DNA of 64,000 nt. Source: a virus. The stretch is taken from UHGV virus genome UHGV-0125821. One strand, written 5' to 3'. A program made the position numbers and the translations under genes. The notes beneath the pieces were generated by a model. The model was not told the origin of the DNA. It saw nothing but the letters and a program-made list of their open reading frames with translations, and searched no databases. Of this stretch, positions 28,216-37,446 are shown one piece after another (position 1 is the first letter of the stretch; every line of letters starts with the position of its first letter).

Positions 28216-28869
28216 ATGGAAAAGATCGCAATATTCAGCCTGACCACCAGCAAGCCTCAAATGCTCACTGCAATACTGAAAGACGGTGCTCTCATTATTA
28301 ACGAAGTAAAACCCCTCCCCGCGTCAGCATTGGAGCAAAAGCAAAAAATTCCTCCAGCTATAGCAGCCCTGCGGAAAAGCAAATTTAAGGTACTGGTAGA
28401 CGAAATTACGCCAACGATCTCCGCTGGCACCGGAGCAAGCCAGGTGACTCTCAAGACCCGTCATGCCGATGGCAGAGCAGCAATCATCGTCGGGATGGAA
28501 AGATACAGAGAGTTAAAACTCCAGAAGCTATTATCCCTGCCGCAAAATAACAAAGGTGCTTTCGAAATCCCTGACTCCATCGTTGACACCGAATACAACG
28601 GTAACGGAGAAGAAGTCTACCGGGTGAACTGGCAGGATATCAGGCCGGAGCATATTCTGATGATCCTGTGTTGCTACGCAACCGTATACCACAACGTTGC
28701 CAGTGCGGATTACGTAGAGCAGATGATCGGTACAGTCGAGAAAGAGCAAAAAACAGGCATACTCGCTTCGTTCCTGTCCATTATTGGGCATGAAAAAGTT
28801 AAAGCAGGCACCTCCCAGCCAAAGTCACTGACTGGGAAAGAAGTTGATGAAGATACCGTGATACTTTGA
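28216..28869 (+). CDS. hypothetical protein
   Basis: start set at MEKIAIF with SD GGAGGAAGG. Confidence 0.6.
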   Translation: MEKIAIFSLTTSKPQMLTAILKDGALIINEVKPLPASALEQKQKIPPAIAALRKSKFKVLVDEITPTISAGTGASQVTLKTRHADGRAAIIVGMERYRELKLQKLLSLPQNNKGAFEIPDSIVDTEYNGNGEEVYRVNWQDIRPEHILMILCCYATVYHNVASADYVEQMIGTVEKEQKTGILASFLSIIGHEKVKAGTSQPKSLTGKEVDEDTVIL

Positions 28870-29004
28870 TCACATTAGTAGCTTTGTTAACTCCCTCAAT
28901 ACCAGGTAGAAGAGTAACAAAAATATTGACGCGAGTATTTGAGTGGTCAATGAAGCGTTCATAAACAGATCAATTAGCATTAATAATTCGAAGATAACAT
29001 CCAT
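28870..29004 (-). CDS. 44-aa hydrophobic peptide (single TM), type I toxin-like
   Basis: MDVIFELLMLIDLFMNASLTTQILASIFLLLFYLVLRELTKLLM; SD GGAG 9 nt upstream; hand translation, may be off by 1 nt. Confidence 0.35.
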   Translation of the reverse strand: MDVIFELLMLIDLFMNASLTTQILASIFLLLFYLVLRELTKLLM

Positions 29005-29197
29005 GTCATTCACTCCGTTTAATTTTTAATCTAATGCCAGCAAATGAAGCTGGCCCCCGCATAAAGATTAATGAAAGTCACTTGTCACCAGTGAGGGGAT
29101 TTATGAACCACATCCCCCTGAACTGGTGGCCTGTCTGTTTCTCGCATTTCACACCCTGCATACAGTTTCCCCCAGGTTATGACTGAGAGGCTTTGTT

Positions 29198-29527
29198 ATG
29201 GGCTATAGCAGACTCGACGATAGGTACATTGAAGACGATATTTTTCGTGCGCTGTTTCACCAGGAAATGATTAAGCGGGTATCGGAGTATCACTCTGATA
29301 ATTTCCAGTACACGATAAAGATTGATGAAGTATATCGTTCAGATCTTGCAGCCTACCGGGCGTATGGCAATGCAGATTTGCGCTGGGTATTCCGGGTGCT
29401 GGTGGGCCATGAGTCAGAAATGGAAGAAATGCCCGCAGGGACCACGTTAACTCTTCCTGATGTGGCATGGCTGAGGAACAAGATCCGTGATTACGCGAGC
29501 GCGGAACCGGAGATAGAAAATGCCTGA
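29198..29527 (+). CDS. hypothetical protein
   Basis: 109-aa ORF. Confidence 0.55.
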   Translation: MGYSRLDDRYIEDDIFRALFHQEMIKRVSEYHSDNFQYTIKIDEVYRSDLAAYRAYGNADLRWVFRVLVGHESEMEEMPAGTTLTLPDVAWLRNKIRDYASAEPEIENA

Positions 29528-30713
29528 TTTCCTGAAAAACCAGGACGGGCGCTATATCACTGACGGCCTGTCCTCTAAGGACTTCACGCGTTTATTCGAG
29601 CTTATCAGGAAAGAACAAACCCGTAAGCGCCGACAAGCTCACCGGACGCTGACGCCAGGTAGACTGAGGAACAAATCCGCCGAAGATATTCTCAAGTTAG
29701 GGAAGAAAAAAGGCGGCACGTTCTTCACGCGAGACGACCTGAAAGGTTTCGAAAAGCTACGGAGTAAAACGCGCGAAAAATACGACAGCAAGACGGCTGG
29801 CATCACATACGCCCAGCTGGTGGCATCCAGCCAGGCAATCGATATTAAGCGTGCAAATAACGCCGTGGATGACGGATCTGGTATCAAAAGAGCTACACCC
29901 GTATCTCTTCGCCACAATGTGATTAATATCCGCGTAGAAGCATCGGATATATCCGTCCACCAGCACCATATCGTCCGGATACGCTTTGAAGAATGGGATC
30001 AGATGGTTGATGACATCGCAGAAGACGATAAATCAGCTCTCAAAATCACTAAATCACTGTGCGCCGGGCGAGTGTCTTTCGATTGTGACTGTGGTCGTCA
30101 TCAATACTGGTATCGTTACATCGCCACTGCGGGTAACTTTGCCCTGGCACCGCCAAAAGAATACGCCTATCCAAAAGTTCGCAACCCGAAGCTGCAAGGC
30201 GTCGCCTGTAAACACGTGATCCACTCAATGACGCGGTTACAGTCCGCCAGTTGGCAAATGAGTATTGCTCGTGCGCTACAAAAGGCTGCAACGCAAATTG
30301 CATTTGGTGATGATCGCCGCCGTACAACCAAACACTTCTCAAAAGAAGACGAGAAGGAGTTTAATCGCAATCGTAGCAGTAAAACGAACGTTGAAGCCGC
30401 CAAACGCGAATGGAGGCTCTATCAGAAGCGCCAGGCAGCTTTAAGTACAAAACTGGCAAAGGACAACGGCAAGATCGACAAACTACGTGACCAATTGACC
30501 AAGGCCAGAAAGTTGTCAGATGCACAGAAAAAACGGGCGGCAGCAAAAGAAGCGGCCTTGCAACGTGAGAAACAGAAAAACAAGGAGCTTCAGCAACGCC
30601 TTGCCGATCAGTTCGCACTGAAGAAGCAGGCGTTCATTGATGCGCTTGTCATGGCTGGAACACCACCAGCACAAGCTGAAAAAATGTTCATGGAGTATGT
30701 AAAAAAAGCATAA
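29520..30713 (+). CDS. SWIM-type zinc-finger protein with basic coiled-coil C-terminus
   Basis: FDCDCGRHQ ... GVACKHVIH (CxC-Xn-CxH). Confidence 0.65.
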   Translation: MPDFLKNQDGRYITDGLSSKDFTRLFELIRKEQTRKRRQAHRTLTPGRLRNKSAEDILKLGKKKGGTFFTRDDLKGFEKLRSKTREKYDSKTAGITYAQLVASSQAIDIKRANNAVDDGSGIKRATPVSLRHNVINIRVEASDISVHQHHIVRIRFEEWDQMVDDIAEDDKSALKITKSLCAGRVSFDCDCGRHQYWYRYIATAGNFALAPPKEYAYPKVRNPKLQGVACKHVIHSMTRLQSASWQMSIARALQKAATQIAFGDDRRRTTKHFSKEDEKEFNRNRSSKTNVEAAKREWRLYQKRQAALSTKLAKDNGKIDKLRDQLTKARKLSDAQKKRAAAKEAALQREKQKNKELQQRLADQFALKKQAFIDALVMAGTPPAQAEKMFMEYVKKA

Positions 30714-30746
30714 ACCACACATAGCCTAGTAGTTTATGCTGGGCTT

Positions 30747-31475
30747 TCATTTTTTTGAAAGATCAATTCCAGTATTATCAAACAAACTGGAAATATCAGA
30801 CACCAATTTATTAAAATGCTTGTCATCATTATAGAATGATGTGCTTTTTATAGCGACTATAAAATCACATAAATCTTGCGGAGATTCAATGCTAACCCCC
30901 TTATTTTTATATAGTTCAATAATACTGCCAACATCAGTATGCAATAGTTTTATCGCGCCACAAATTTCTCGCTGTTTCGTAACCAAGTCATTAAGTTTAT
31001 TTTCATTTTCATCTAAGATTTGTTTTGAATATTTAGCGTCATTGGTTGCTTGATTTAACTTTGTTTTCTTTCTTTGCAATTCTATTCTTTTATCATAATC
31101 AGCAACTTCATCTAAATATCTTATTTCAGTGTATAATTTACTTGTTAGCTTAGATATCTTCAGTGTGAGAACAGGAGCTAACACAGATGCAAATACTCCA
31201 TAAACAAATGGGATTACAACGTGATAAACCCACGGGGATACAATCCAATTATCAATGAACGGGACATTACCACCAACAGAAACAATAGATAATGTATATA
31301 GGATGTCGTCCTTTGACTTTAATATAATTAAAATATCCTTCCAGTTAAAAATTAGAAAAGAAATGACAACATATGCAAAAACCTTGTTAAATATTTTATC
31401 TTTTATTATTTCAGAAAATGATTTTAGTTCTGTTTCATTTATAGACGGATTATCTTTAACTTTTTCTGACATCAT
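30747..31475 (-). CDS. membrane protein with cytoplasmic coiled-coil domain, very AT-rich gene
   Basis: 2-3 TM helices then Lys/Asn-rich coiled coil; SD AGGA before ATG. Confidence 0.6.
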   Translation of the reverse strand: MMSEKVKDNPSINETELKSFSEIIKDKIFNKVFAYVVISFLIFNWKDILIILKSKDDILYTLSIVSVGGNVPFIDNWIVSPWVYHVVIPFVYGVFASVLAPVLTLKISKLTSKLYTEIRYLDEVADYDKRIELQRKKTKLNQATNDAKYSKQILDENENKLNDLVTKQREICGAIKLLHTDVGSIIELYKNKGVSIESPQDLCDFIVAIKSTSFYNDDKHFNKLVSDISSLFDNTGIDLSKK

Positions 31476-31496
31476 AGCTTATCCTGATTACTTTTA

Positions 31497-31697
31497 TTAT
31501 GGATAGTTAAAAGATTCAACAGGTGATGGTGGTTGAATTGGGTAATGTTTCTTCTCGTACTCCTCAATGAGAAGACTCATAACCTCAAAGAAATCACCTT
31601 CCGGAGTATTCATTTCCGGTTCGTTATCGAACATCGGTTCGACCGCACGCAGTGCGGCCTCATAATCTTGTTCTGTACGGATAGGTTTAATGTTCAT
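31497..31697 (-). CDS. 66-aa protein resembling the N-terminal domain of HigA-type antitoxins, no HTH
   Basis: IRTEQDYEAALRAVEPMFDNEPEMNTPEGDFFEVMSLLIEEYEKKHYPI; no obvious SD. Confidence 0.45.
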   Translation of the reverse strand: MNIKPIRTEQDYEAALRAVEPMFDNEPEMNTPEGDFFEVMSLLIEEYEKKHYPIQPPSPVESFNYP

Positions 31698-31710
31698 TAA
31701 TTACAAAGGA

Positions 31711-31737
31711 AAGCCCACTTGCTAAGTGGGCTTTTTG
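31711..31737 (+). terminator. intrinsic terminator-like hairpin
   Basis: AAGCCCACT tgcta AGTGGGCTT followed by TTTT. Confidence 0.5.
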
Positions 31738-31753
31738 TATGTGTTTTACTATA

Positions 31754-32092
31754 TCAGGCTGCTTTTTTATTCAGGTTCCGCTGAGAAATAAATTTTTCAG
31801 CAGTATTGATACGACTTAACTCTTCCTGAACGCGCATATCATTTTCGACTTCCCACAGATCTACTGCGGTCTGAAGATTAATCCAAAAATCTACAGAAGT
31901 ATCGAATGCTTTTGCCAGGCGATATGCCATATCCATCGTTAGCTTACGATTGTTATTAACAAGAGCACTTACGGTGTTACGATGAACATGAAGTATTTCT
32001 GCTAACTCGTTGATCTTCAGCTCTAACGGCTCCAGGTATTCGTACAGCAGGATATCACCTACGGTCGTCGGTTTTCTGGTTGCCTGTTTCAT
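31754..32092 (-). CDS. higA: HigA-family antitoxin (XRE-type HTH)
   Basis: TTVGDILLYEYLEPLELKINELAEILHVHRNTVSALVNNNRKLT. Confidence 0.8.
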   Translation of the reverse strand: MKQATRKPTTVGDILLYEYLEPLELKINELAEILHVHRNTVSALVNNNRKLTMDMAYRLAKAFDTSVDFWINLQTAVDLWEVENDMRVQEELSRINTAEKFISQRNLNKKAA

Positions 32093-32162
32093 TTTTTGCC
32101 CTTACTAGCGTGCGTATTAAGTGGACTCTGGTCAGAACCCGGTCCGTAACCGGGTATCTGTT

Positions 32163-32465
32163 TTAGTATTTGTGAGGGTCGAGATACAAGTCCTCGGCCT
32201 TTCCGTTAACCCACTTAAAAATTAACCTATATTGCTTATTCACCCTTACTGATGAATAGCCATTTAGCTTCCCTGACAGTTCCTCATACCGATTACCTGG
32301 TGGTGATCTTAAATCCTTACAGGTAGTTGCGGCATTGATAATGTCCAACTTCCGTGACAATGTCATATGAATATCAGGAGGTATCTTTCTATGTGGTGTT
32401 GAAAATTCAAAAAAATCATCAAGCCACGCATCCCTGAAATCCTTTATGTTAATTTTTTTGGTCAT
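32163..32465 (-). CDS. higB: HigB-family toxin (RelE/ParE superfamily)
   Basis: DFRDAWLDDFF...HRKIPPDI...LRSPPGNRYEEL...RLIFKW...LYLDPHKY. Confidence 0.8.
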   Translation of the reverse strand: MTKKINIKDFRDAWLDDFFEFSTPHRKIPPDIHMTLSRKLDIINAATTCKDLRSPPGNRYEELSGKLNGYSSVRVNKQYRLIFKWVNGKAEDLYLDPHKY

Positions 32466-32627
32466 TAGTCATTTGATCCTCCGTGATGATTACCGAATGC
32501 CATAACTATAGCGCACCGTTGCACTGTGCGCAAGTGCATTTTATGAATTCCCCCTCCTTCATCCAAAATCACAATCTCCAGAAAATCTTCCTTTCGATAC
32601 CTGACAGATCGACCTTTGAGGATGCTT

Positions 32628-33419
32628 ATGGGCCGTTTTGACGAATGGTTTGCTGACGATGCAAACCTGGCAAGTAAGGAGTCAGAACATGACAGCACGC
32701 AGAGAGAAACGCCAGCGCCGATTGAAGCGAATGCAGGAGGCGCGCCGGAACATGGCAATACCGGTTCGGATTCATTCAGCATTCTGGAAGAGCAACCCGC
32801 CGCCCAAGCTGATAGCCATGATAATTTTGCTGATAGCAACGGTGGCCTTACTCCGGATGCTGGCGAATCAGATATAGCCATACTTCCATCTTCCCTGGCT
32901 GGCAGAGAACCGACTCCACAGTTAAAAGCACGCTATAACGGGCATAAAGCCTTTAACGACCAAATCCGCGCAGACTGGATGCTGATTATTGAATCCAGCC
33001 CAGACGCGTTTCAGGCTCTCTTATATCGACCAGATGTTGGCACATATGGGGTAGTCAGCGACGAAACAGGAGAAGAGTCATTCACTGAACTGGATAACAA
33101 CCAACGCGAACTGACTTACCAGGAACCTGAAATCGTTTATGTGCTGGATAACCCTGACGGGCGTGACTCTTTCCATGCGATTGACGCAGACGGTGAGCAG
33201 GATGGCTTAACCGATGATGTTCTGATTCTGCGTATTGCAGCAAATAACGTCCCCGTCGGCTCAATTCTTGAATGGAATGAAGAGATGGTAAACGGCGTAG
33301 CGCGCCGCTGGTGGTACGTGCACCGTATTTTTAGCTACGGCACACAGCATGTTGGTTCGCTTTACTACTGCATACCTGCCAGGAATTTTGATACGACTCA
33401 AAACGGAGTGATCGAATGA
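32628..33419 (+). CDS. hypothetical acidic protein, possible virion component
   Basis: start set at MGRFDEWF with SD GAGGA. Confidence 0.6.
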   Translation: MGRFDEWFADDANLASKESEHDSTQRETPAPIEANAGGAPEHGNTGSDSFSILEEQPAAQADSHDNFADSNGGLTPDAGESDIAILPSSLAGREPTPQLKARYNGHKAFNDQIRADWMLIIESSPDAFQALLYRPDVGTYGVVSDETGEESFTELDNNQRELTYQEPEIVYVLDNPDGRDSFHAIDADGEQDGLTDDVLILRIAANNVPVGSILEWNEEMVNGVARRWWYVHRIFSYGTQHVGSLYYCIPARNFDTTQNGVIE

Positions 33420-34183
33420 CTTCAAATAAAACCCTCCTGGCGCGAACAGGTGAATGGCAAACCTCACGCACAGGAAAATTCCAGACCACGGGCTTTGAAA
33501 ACGTGGATAACGCGTTTGCGACGCTAATCAGCAACATTTTTTCTGATATCTTACTGGTGGCCCCCGCGCCGGAAGAAAAACGCTTTGCGTCATTCCTGAA
33601 TCGTCCACCAGCAGAGCGTGTCTATGTGGCCCGTTTCGACAATGCGATCGAGTTTCTTAAAGCAGTTCGTCGCGCAAATGCCGGGCAAGGGAGAAAACCT
33701 GAAAACCAGAACATTAACCGGGATGCTCTCCCCCTGGTCAATATCTCACGCACTATGGATATCAATTATATCAACGATGATCAGCAGATTGACCGCAAAA
33801 AAGTAGCCAGTTTTTGCGAACCGGATACCGGAATGCCTTTAGCAGAACTGGAATACACCCAGGCCATTCTGACGTATGACGTTACGTTAATGGCAACTGA
33901 TAAAGCGACCATGAGTCTGATGTGTAATTCGCTGGGCGCACGGCTTCGCCTGATGACAGGTACACAATTTGAAGCAACCACTCACCTTGTTCGTGTCCCG
34001 GTCCCGCTGATTTGCTCGATACAGGATGCCAAAGAAGTCGGCTTTACGGATGTTTCAGCACCAATTGGAGAAGAGCGTATTTATGCCACACAAGCGCCGA
34101 TAAGTGTGATTGCAGACGTGATCACAGCATGGGAGTTGGACGCAAAACGTATTATTACCGAAACCTCGATATCTATGGGGTGA
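33416..34183 (+). CDS. hypothetical protein, possible baseplate or tail component
   Basis: coupled to neighbours in plus-strand block. Confidence 0.55.
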   Translation: MTSNKTLLARTGEWQTSRTGKFQTTGFENVDNAFATLISNIFSDILLVAPAPEEKRFASFLNRPPAERVYVARFDNAIEFLKAVRRANAGQGRKPENQNINRDALPLVNISRTMDINYINDDQQIDRKKVASFCEPDTGMPLAELEYTQAILTYDVTLMATDKATMSLMCNSLGARLRLMTGTQFEATTHLVRVPVPLICSIQDAKEVGFTDVSAPIGEERIYATQAPISVIADVITAWELDAKRIITETSISMG

Positions 34184-34186
34184 TAA

Positions 34187-35167
34187 GTGGCCCAGGAGTT
34201 ACAACAATATTTTCTACAGTCAGTGCTCATTAACGATAACAAAGTGCCACGAGACTGGATTTTTACCGCAGTATATGTAGAAAAAACCAGCCTCAAAGCC
34301 CCTTTGCTAAAACTGGAAATTCATGACGCTACCGGCACCGTAATTGATGACTGGAAAGCCAAATACGGTGCATCGCTGGTGGCTGAAATGGGCGATCCAA
34401 ACGGTAATGCAGGCACTTTTAAAACAGATTTCTTTGTTACGTCTGCAATGCTGGCTGGTGATGTTGTTACCGTTATTGCTGTCAGTGAAGACGTGCGCAG
34501 GTTTAAGATCCCCTCCCCGCGCACAAATTTACATACCAACAAAACACCAGACGCTATATTCAAGGCATATTCCGGCAAACTTAAAATTACCAGCAGCGTG
34601 CTAAAACGCGCAGTTACATATCATCTGAATGCCGGTGACAAACCGTCAAAAATGCTTTCGGAGATAGCGCGAGACAAAGGTGCATTGTGTTGGGTATGTC
34701 GGGGGGAATTTAACTTTTACACCCTGGCTGATCTGATGAAGCAAACGCCATCATTTACCTACGAGGGGAATAACCCTAAAGCAGAATACACTTTGTCCAA
34801 AATGCGCCTACTCCAACAGGAACATGCGACAACAGCAAAGAATCAATATCGTTTTGTTGGGTATTCCATGACCGATGGCTACGTCGAATATGGCGATAGC
34901 TCACTCCCAGTGCGTTATATATCCGACTCTGATATGGAAACTCTTCGCAATATGCAGCTGTCTCTCGTCCCCAAAATGGATATAGAAGTCGCAGGCAATC
35001 CTGATATAAAACCGGGGATGGTAATAGAGATTATCGTATACCGCTATGACCAGGAAAACCGCATTGATGAATCAATGCCCCGTAAGCTGATAGTAAAAAA
35101 TGTTGCGCACTTTGAGGACCGCGTAGGCTACACAACACGAATGATATTGGGAGTGCCTAACAAATGA
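34187..35167 (+). CDS. hypothetical protein, possible baseplate component
   Basis: 326 aa, adjacent to gpV-like gene. Confidence 0.55.
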   Translation: MAQELQQYFLQSVLINDNKVPRDWIFTAVYVEKTSLKAPLLKLEIHDATGTVIDDWKAKYGASLVAEMGDPNGNAGTFKTDFFVTSAMLAGDVVTVIAVSEDVRRFKIPSPRTNLHTNKTPDAIFKAYSGKLKITSSVLKRAVTYHLNAGDKPSKMLSEIARDKGALCWVCRGEFNFYTLADLMKQTPSFTYEGNNPKAEYTLSKMRLLQQEHATTAKNQYRFVGYSMTDGYVEYGDSSLPVRYISDSDMETLRNMQLSLVPKMDIEVAGNPDIKPGMVIEIIVYRYDQENRIDESMPRKLIVKNVAHFEDRVGYTTRMILGVPNK

Positions 35168-35817
35168 AGCGTAGAGCGCAAATTGTTGGAACTGTGCACC
35201 CGGCAGGGCTTATGCGTGCTCAAGTCCGTGTTTTACCTGACTGGAATGGCGTTCCTGATGACGATCTACCCTGGGCGGAATACCAGTTACCCATCGGGAA
35301 CGCTTTTGTACCTACAGTCAAAGGTGACCTGGTCTGGGTAGAGTTTCCTTATTTAGATGTTAACGGTCGAATAGACACCAGACGCCCAATGATAGTTGGT
35401 GCCGCTCAGGATGCACCGGGAGGAATTCCAAACGTTGCACCAGAAGCATCTGGCAAAGGCAACGGCTGGACGCCGCCGGAAGTAGATGGAGCACCTCCCC
35501 GCCCCCAAATCTCAGCAACGAAAGACTTCGTTATTCACCGCAACAATATTCTTGAAGTACGAACTGCTGGTGGCGGCTATGAAATTGCCAATACGGCAGC
35601 AGGCTCAAGGATTGGCATGAATGAGTCCGGGCAGATATATATCATTGGTCCGGCTGATGTAATCGTGAATGCAGGAGGGAGTGTTAACGTCAAATCAGCC
35701 AACAACATCAATGTTAATGGGGAAAATATAGCTGTCACCGCTAACGGAGACATAGCTTTCAAGGCAGGAGGAACCTTTCAGGCCACTGCTGGCAACTTCG
35801 ATTTCAAGAAAGGATAG
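35164..35817 (+). CDS. baseplate spike/hub protein (gpV-like)
   Basis: N-terminal OB-like VRVLPDW...LPWAEY...VKGDLVWVEF, C-terminal beta-helix repeats. Confidence 0.65.
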   Translation: MKRRAQIVGTVHPAGLMRAQVRVLPDWNGVPDDDLPWAEYQLPIGNAFVPTVKGDLVWVEFPYLDVNGRIDTRRPMIVGAAQDAPGGIPNVAPEASGKGNGWTPPEVDGAPPRPQISATKDFVIHRNNILEVRTAGGGYEIANTAAGSRIGMNESGQIYIIGPADVIVNAGGSVNVKSANNINVNGENIAVTANGDIAFKAGGTFQATAGNFDFKKG

Positions 35818-35826
35818 AAAATGCAC

Positions 35827-35870
35827 CCATTTGTGTTAGATAATTAATATGTATTTTCTAACACAAATGG
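35827..35870. promoter_or_regulatory. palindromic operator pair
   Basis: CCATTTGTGTTAGA, 16-bp spacer, TCTAACACAAATGG; ends 7 bp before rdgC ATG. Confidence 0.55.
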
Positions 35871-35876
35871 TGAGAC

Positions 35877-36782
35877 ATGAGATCAGTCGCTTTCAAAAAT
35901 ATCTTCATCTATCGTCTTTCACGCGAAGTTAGCTGGGATACTGCAGAAGTAAATGCAGCCCTTAGCAAGTTTGTGTTTACCCCATGCGGTTCTCAGGATA
36001 TGGCTAAAGCTGGTTGGACCTCCGTTCTTGGTGACAACCTCACCCATGAATACCAGGGTTTTCTTCTGATACAGCATAAACGAGAGGAAAAAATCCTACC
36101 CTCTCAAGTGCTCAAAGAAGAGTTACAGAAAAAAATCCTGACACTTGAAGAAGAGCAAGACAGAAAGCTGAAGAAGACTGAAAAAGATTCGCTGAAGGAT
36201 GAAGTGCTTCACTCTCTGCTTCCTCGTGCTTTCACGAGAAAATCAGTCGCTAAAATCCTGATAGACCGAAGCAATCATCTGGTTTTTGTCGAGGCCAGCA
36301 GTGCTAAAAAAGCAGAGGATCAGCTGGCTTTGTTACGGAAATCGCTTGGCAGCTTGCCCGTTGTCCCCTTCTCTCCGAAAGACCCATTAGAACTGACCAT
36401 CACTGGCTGGATTAAAAATGGCTTCCCGAACGGTTTCCGTGCCGGTGAGGAAGCGACCTTAAAAGCATTGCTTGATGATGGCGGCGCGGTCCGCTGCAAA
36501 AAAGTGGACCTGCTATCCGACGAGATCATGAGTCATATAGAAGCTGGTAAGGTTGCAACCACAGTTGCGGTTAACTGGCAAGACCGTGCATTTTTCAGAC
36601 TGAATGACGATATGAGTATCAAGGCTTTGTCGTTCAGCGACGAATTGTACGACCAGAACGACGATATTGATCGAGAGGATGTTGCGCAACGATTTGACGC
36701 TGACTTTATCCTGTTTACTGCTGAATTATCCGCGATGTTCACTTCGCTGGTGGAGGCCGTTGGTGGTGAAGCTGAACGTTAA
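35877..36782 (+). CDS. rdgC: recombination-associated protein RdgC
   Basis: [14 protein letters not shown] ... [21 protein letters not shown] ... [18 protein letters not shown] parallels E. coli RdgC. Confidence 0.9.
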   Translation: MRSVAFKNIFIYRLSREVSWDTAEVNAALSKFVFTPCGSQDMAKAGWTSVLGDNLTHEYQGFLLIQHKREEKILPSQVLKEELQKKILTLEEEQDRKLKKTEKDSLKDEVLHSLLPRAFTRKSVAKILIDRSNHLVFVEASSAKKAEDQLALLRKSLGSLPVVPFSPKDPLELTITGWIKNGFPNGFRAGEEATLKALLDDGGAVRCKKVDLLSDEIMSHIEAGKVATTVAVNWQDRAFFRLNDDMSIKALSFSDELYDQNDDIDREDVAQRFDADFILFTAELSAMFTSLVEAVGGEAER

Positions 36783-36795
36783 CAATAGACCTCTG

Positions 36796-37446
36796 ATGGT
36801 GAGTCTTTGTGATTTCACGGGGAAAATGGTCGCCCCCTGGCTGGAGCATGGTATAGATGCTGTTATCGTCGATCCACAACACGCAGAGACCAGAGATGAG
36901 CTGATGCAATCAGGCGCAGTTCTGACACGTATCAGTGCGATTATCGATAGTGATGAAGTTTATGCTTTTCTCCGAAATAATTTACAACGTATTGTGTTTT
37001 TAGCTGGTTTTCCGCCGTGCACGGACCTTGCTGTTTCCGGTGCGCGCTGGTTTGCGCATAAGGCTGACAAAGATCCGTTTTTCCAGTTCAAAGCAATGCA
37101 GGTTGTCTGGCAGTGTTATGACATTGCAAAGATGATCGGTTGTCCGTACATGATTGAAAATCCGGTCAGCAAAATATCGACATTCTGGCGTAAGCCAGAT
37201 CACATCTTTCACCCTTACTTCTTCACTGCATATTGTCAGGAAGATAACTACACCAAAAAAACATGCCTCTGGAGCGGCCAGGGCTTTGTCATGCCTGATG
37301 CCCTAATGGACGAATCATTAGGCAAGCCAGATAACAGAATCCATGCCGCGCCACCAGGGCCTGACAGGGCTAATTTTCGAAGTGCTACTCCACATGGATT
37401 CGCAAAGGCAGTTTTCGAAGCGAATAAGGGGGTGCTCTATGAGTAA
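36796..37446 (+). CDS. small C5-cytosine-methyltransferase-like protein
   Basis: FTG, GFPPC and ENP motif-like segments; too short for a full MTase; start set at MVSLCDF. Confidence 0.4.
   Translation: MVSLCDFTGKMVAPWLEHGIDAVIVDPQHAETRDELMQSGAVLTRISAIIDSDEVYAFLRNNLQRIVFLAGFPPCTDLAVSGARWFAHKADKDPFFQFKAMQVVWQCYDIAKMIGCPYMIENPVSKISTFWRKPDHIFHPYFFTAYCQEDNYTKKTCLWSGQGFVMPDALMDESLGKPDNRIHAAPPGPDRANFRSATPHGFAKAVFEANKGVLYE

Noticed and set aside
32465-32881. Minus-strand 138-aa ORF abutting higB
   Set aside because: Overlaps the better-supported plus-strand gene starting at 32628 and has no SD; the intergenic part is more likely the promoter region
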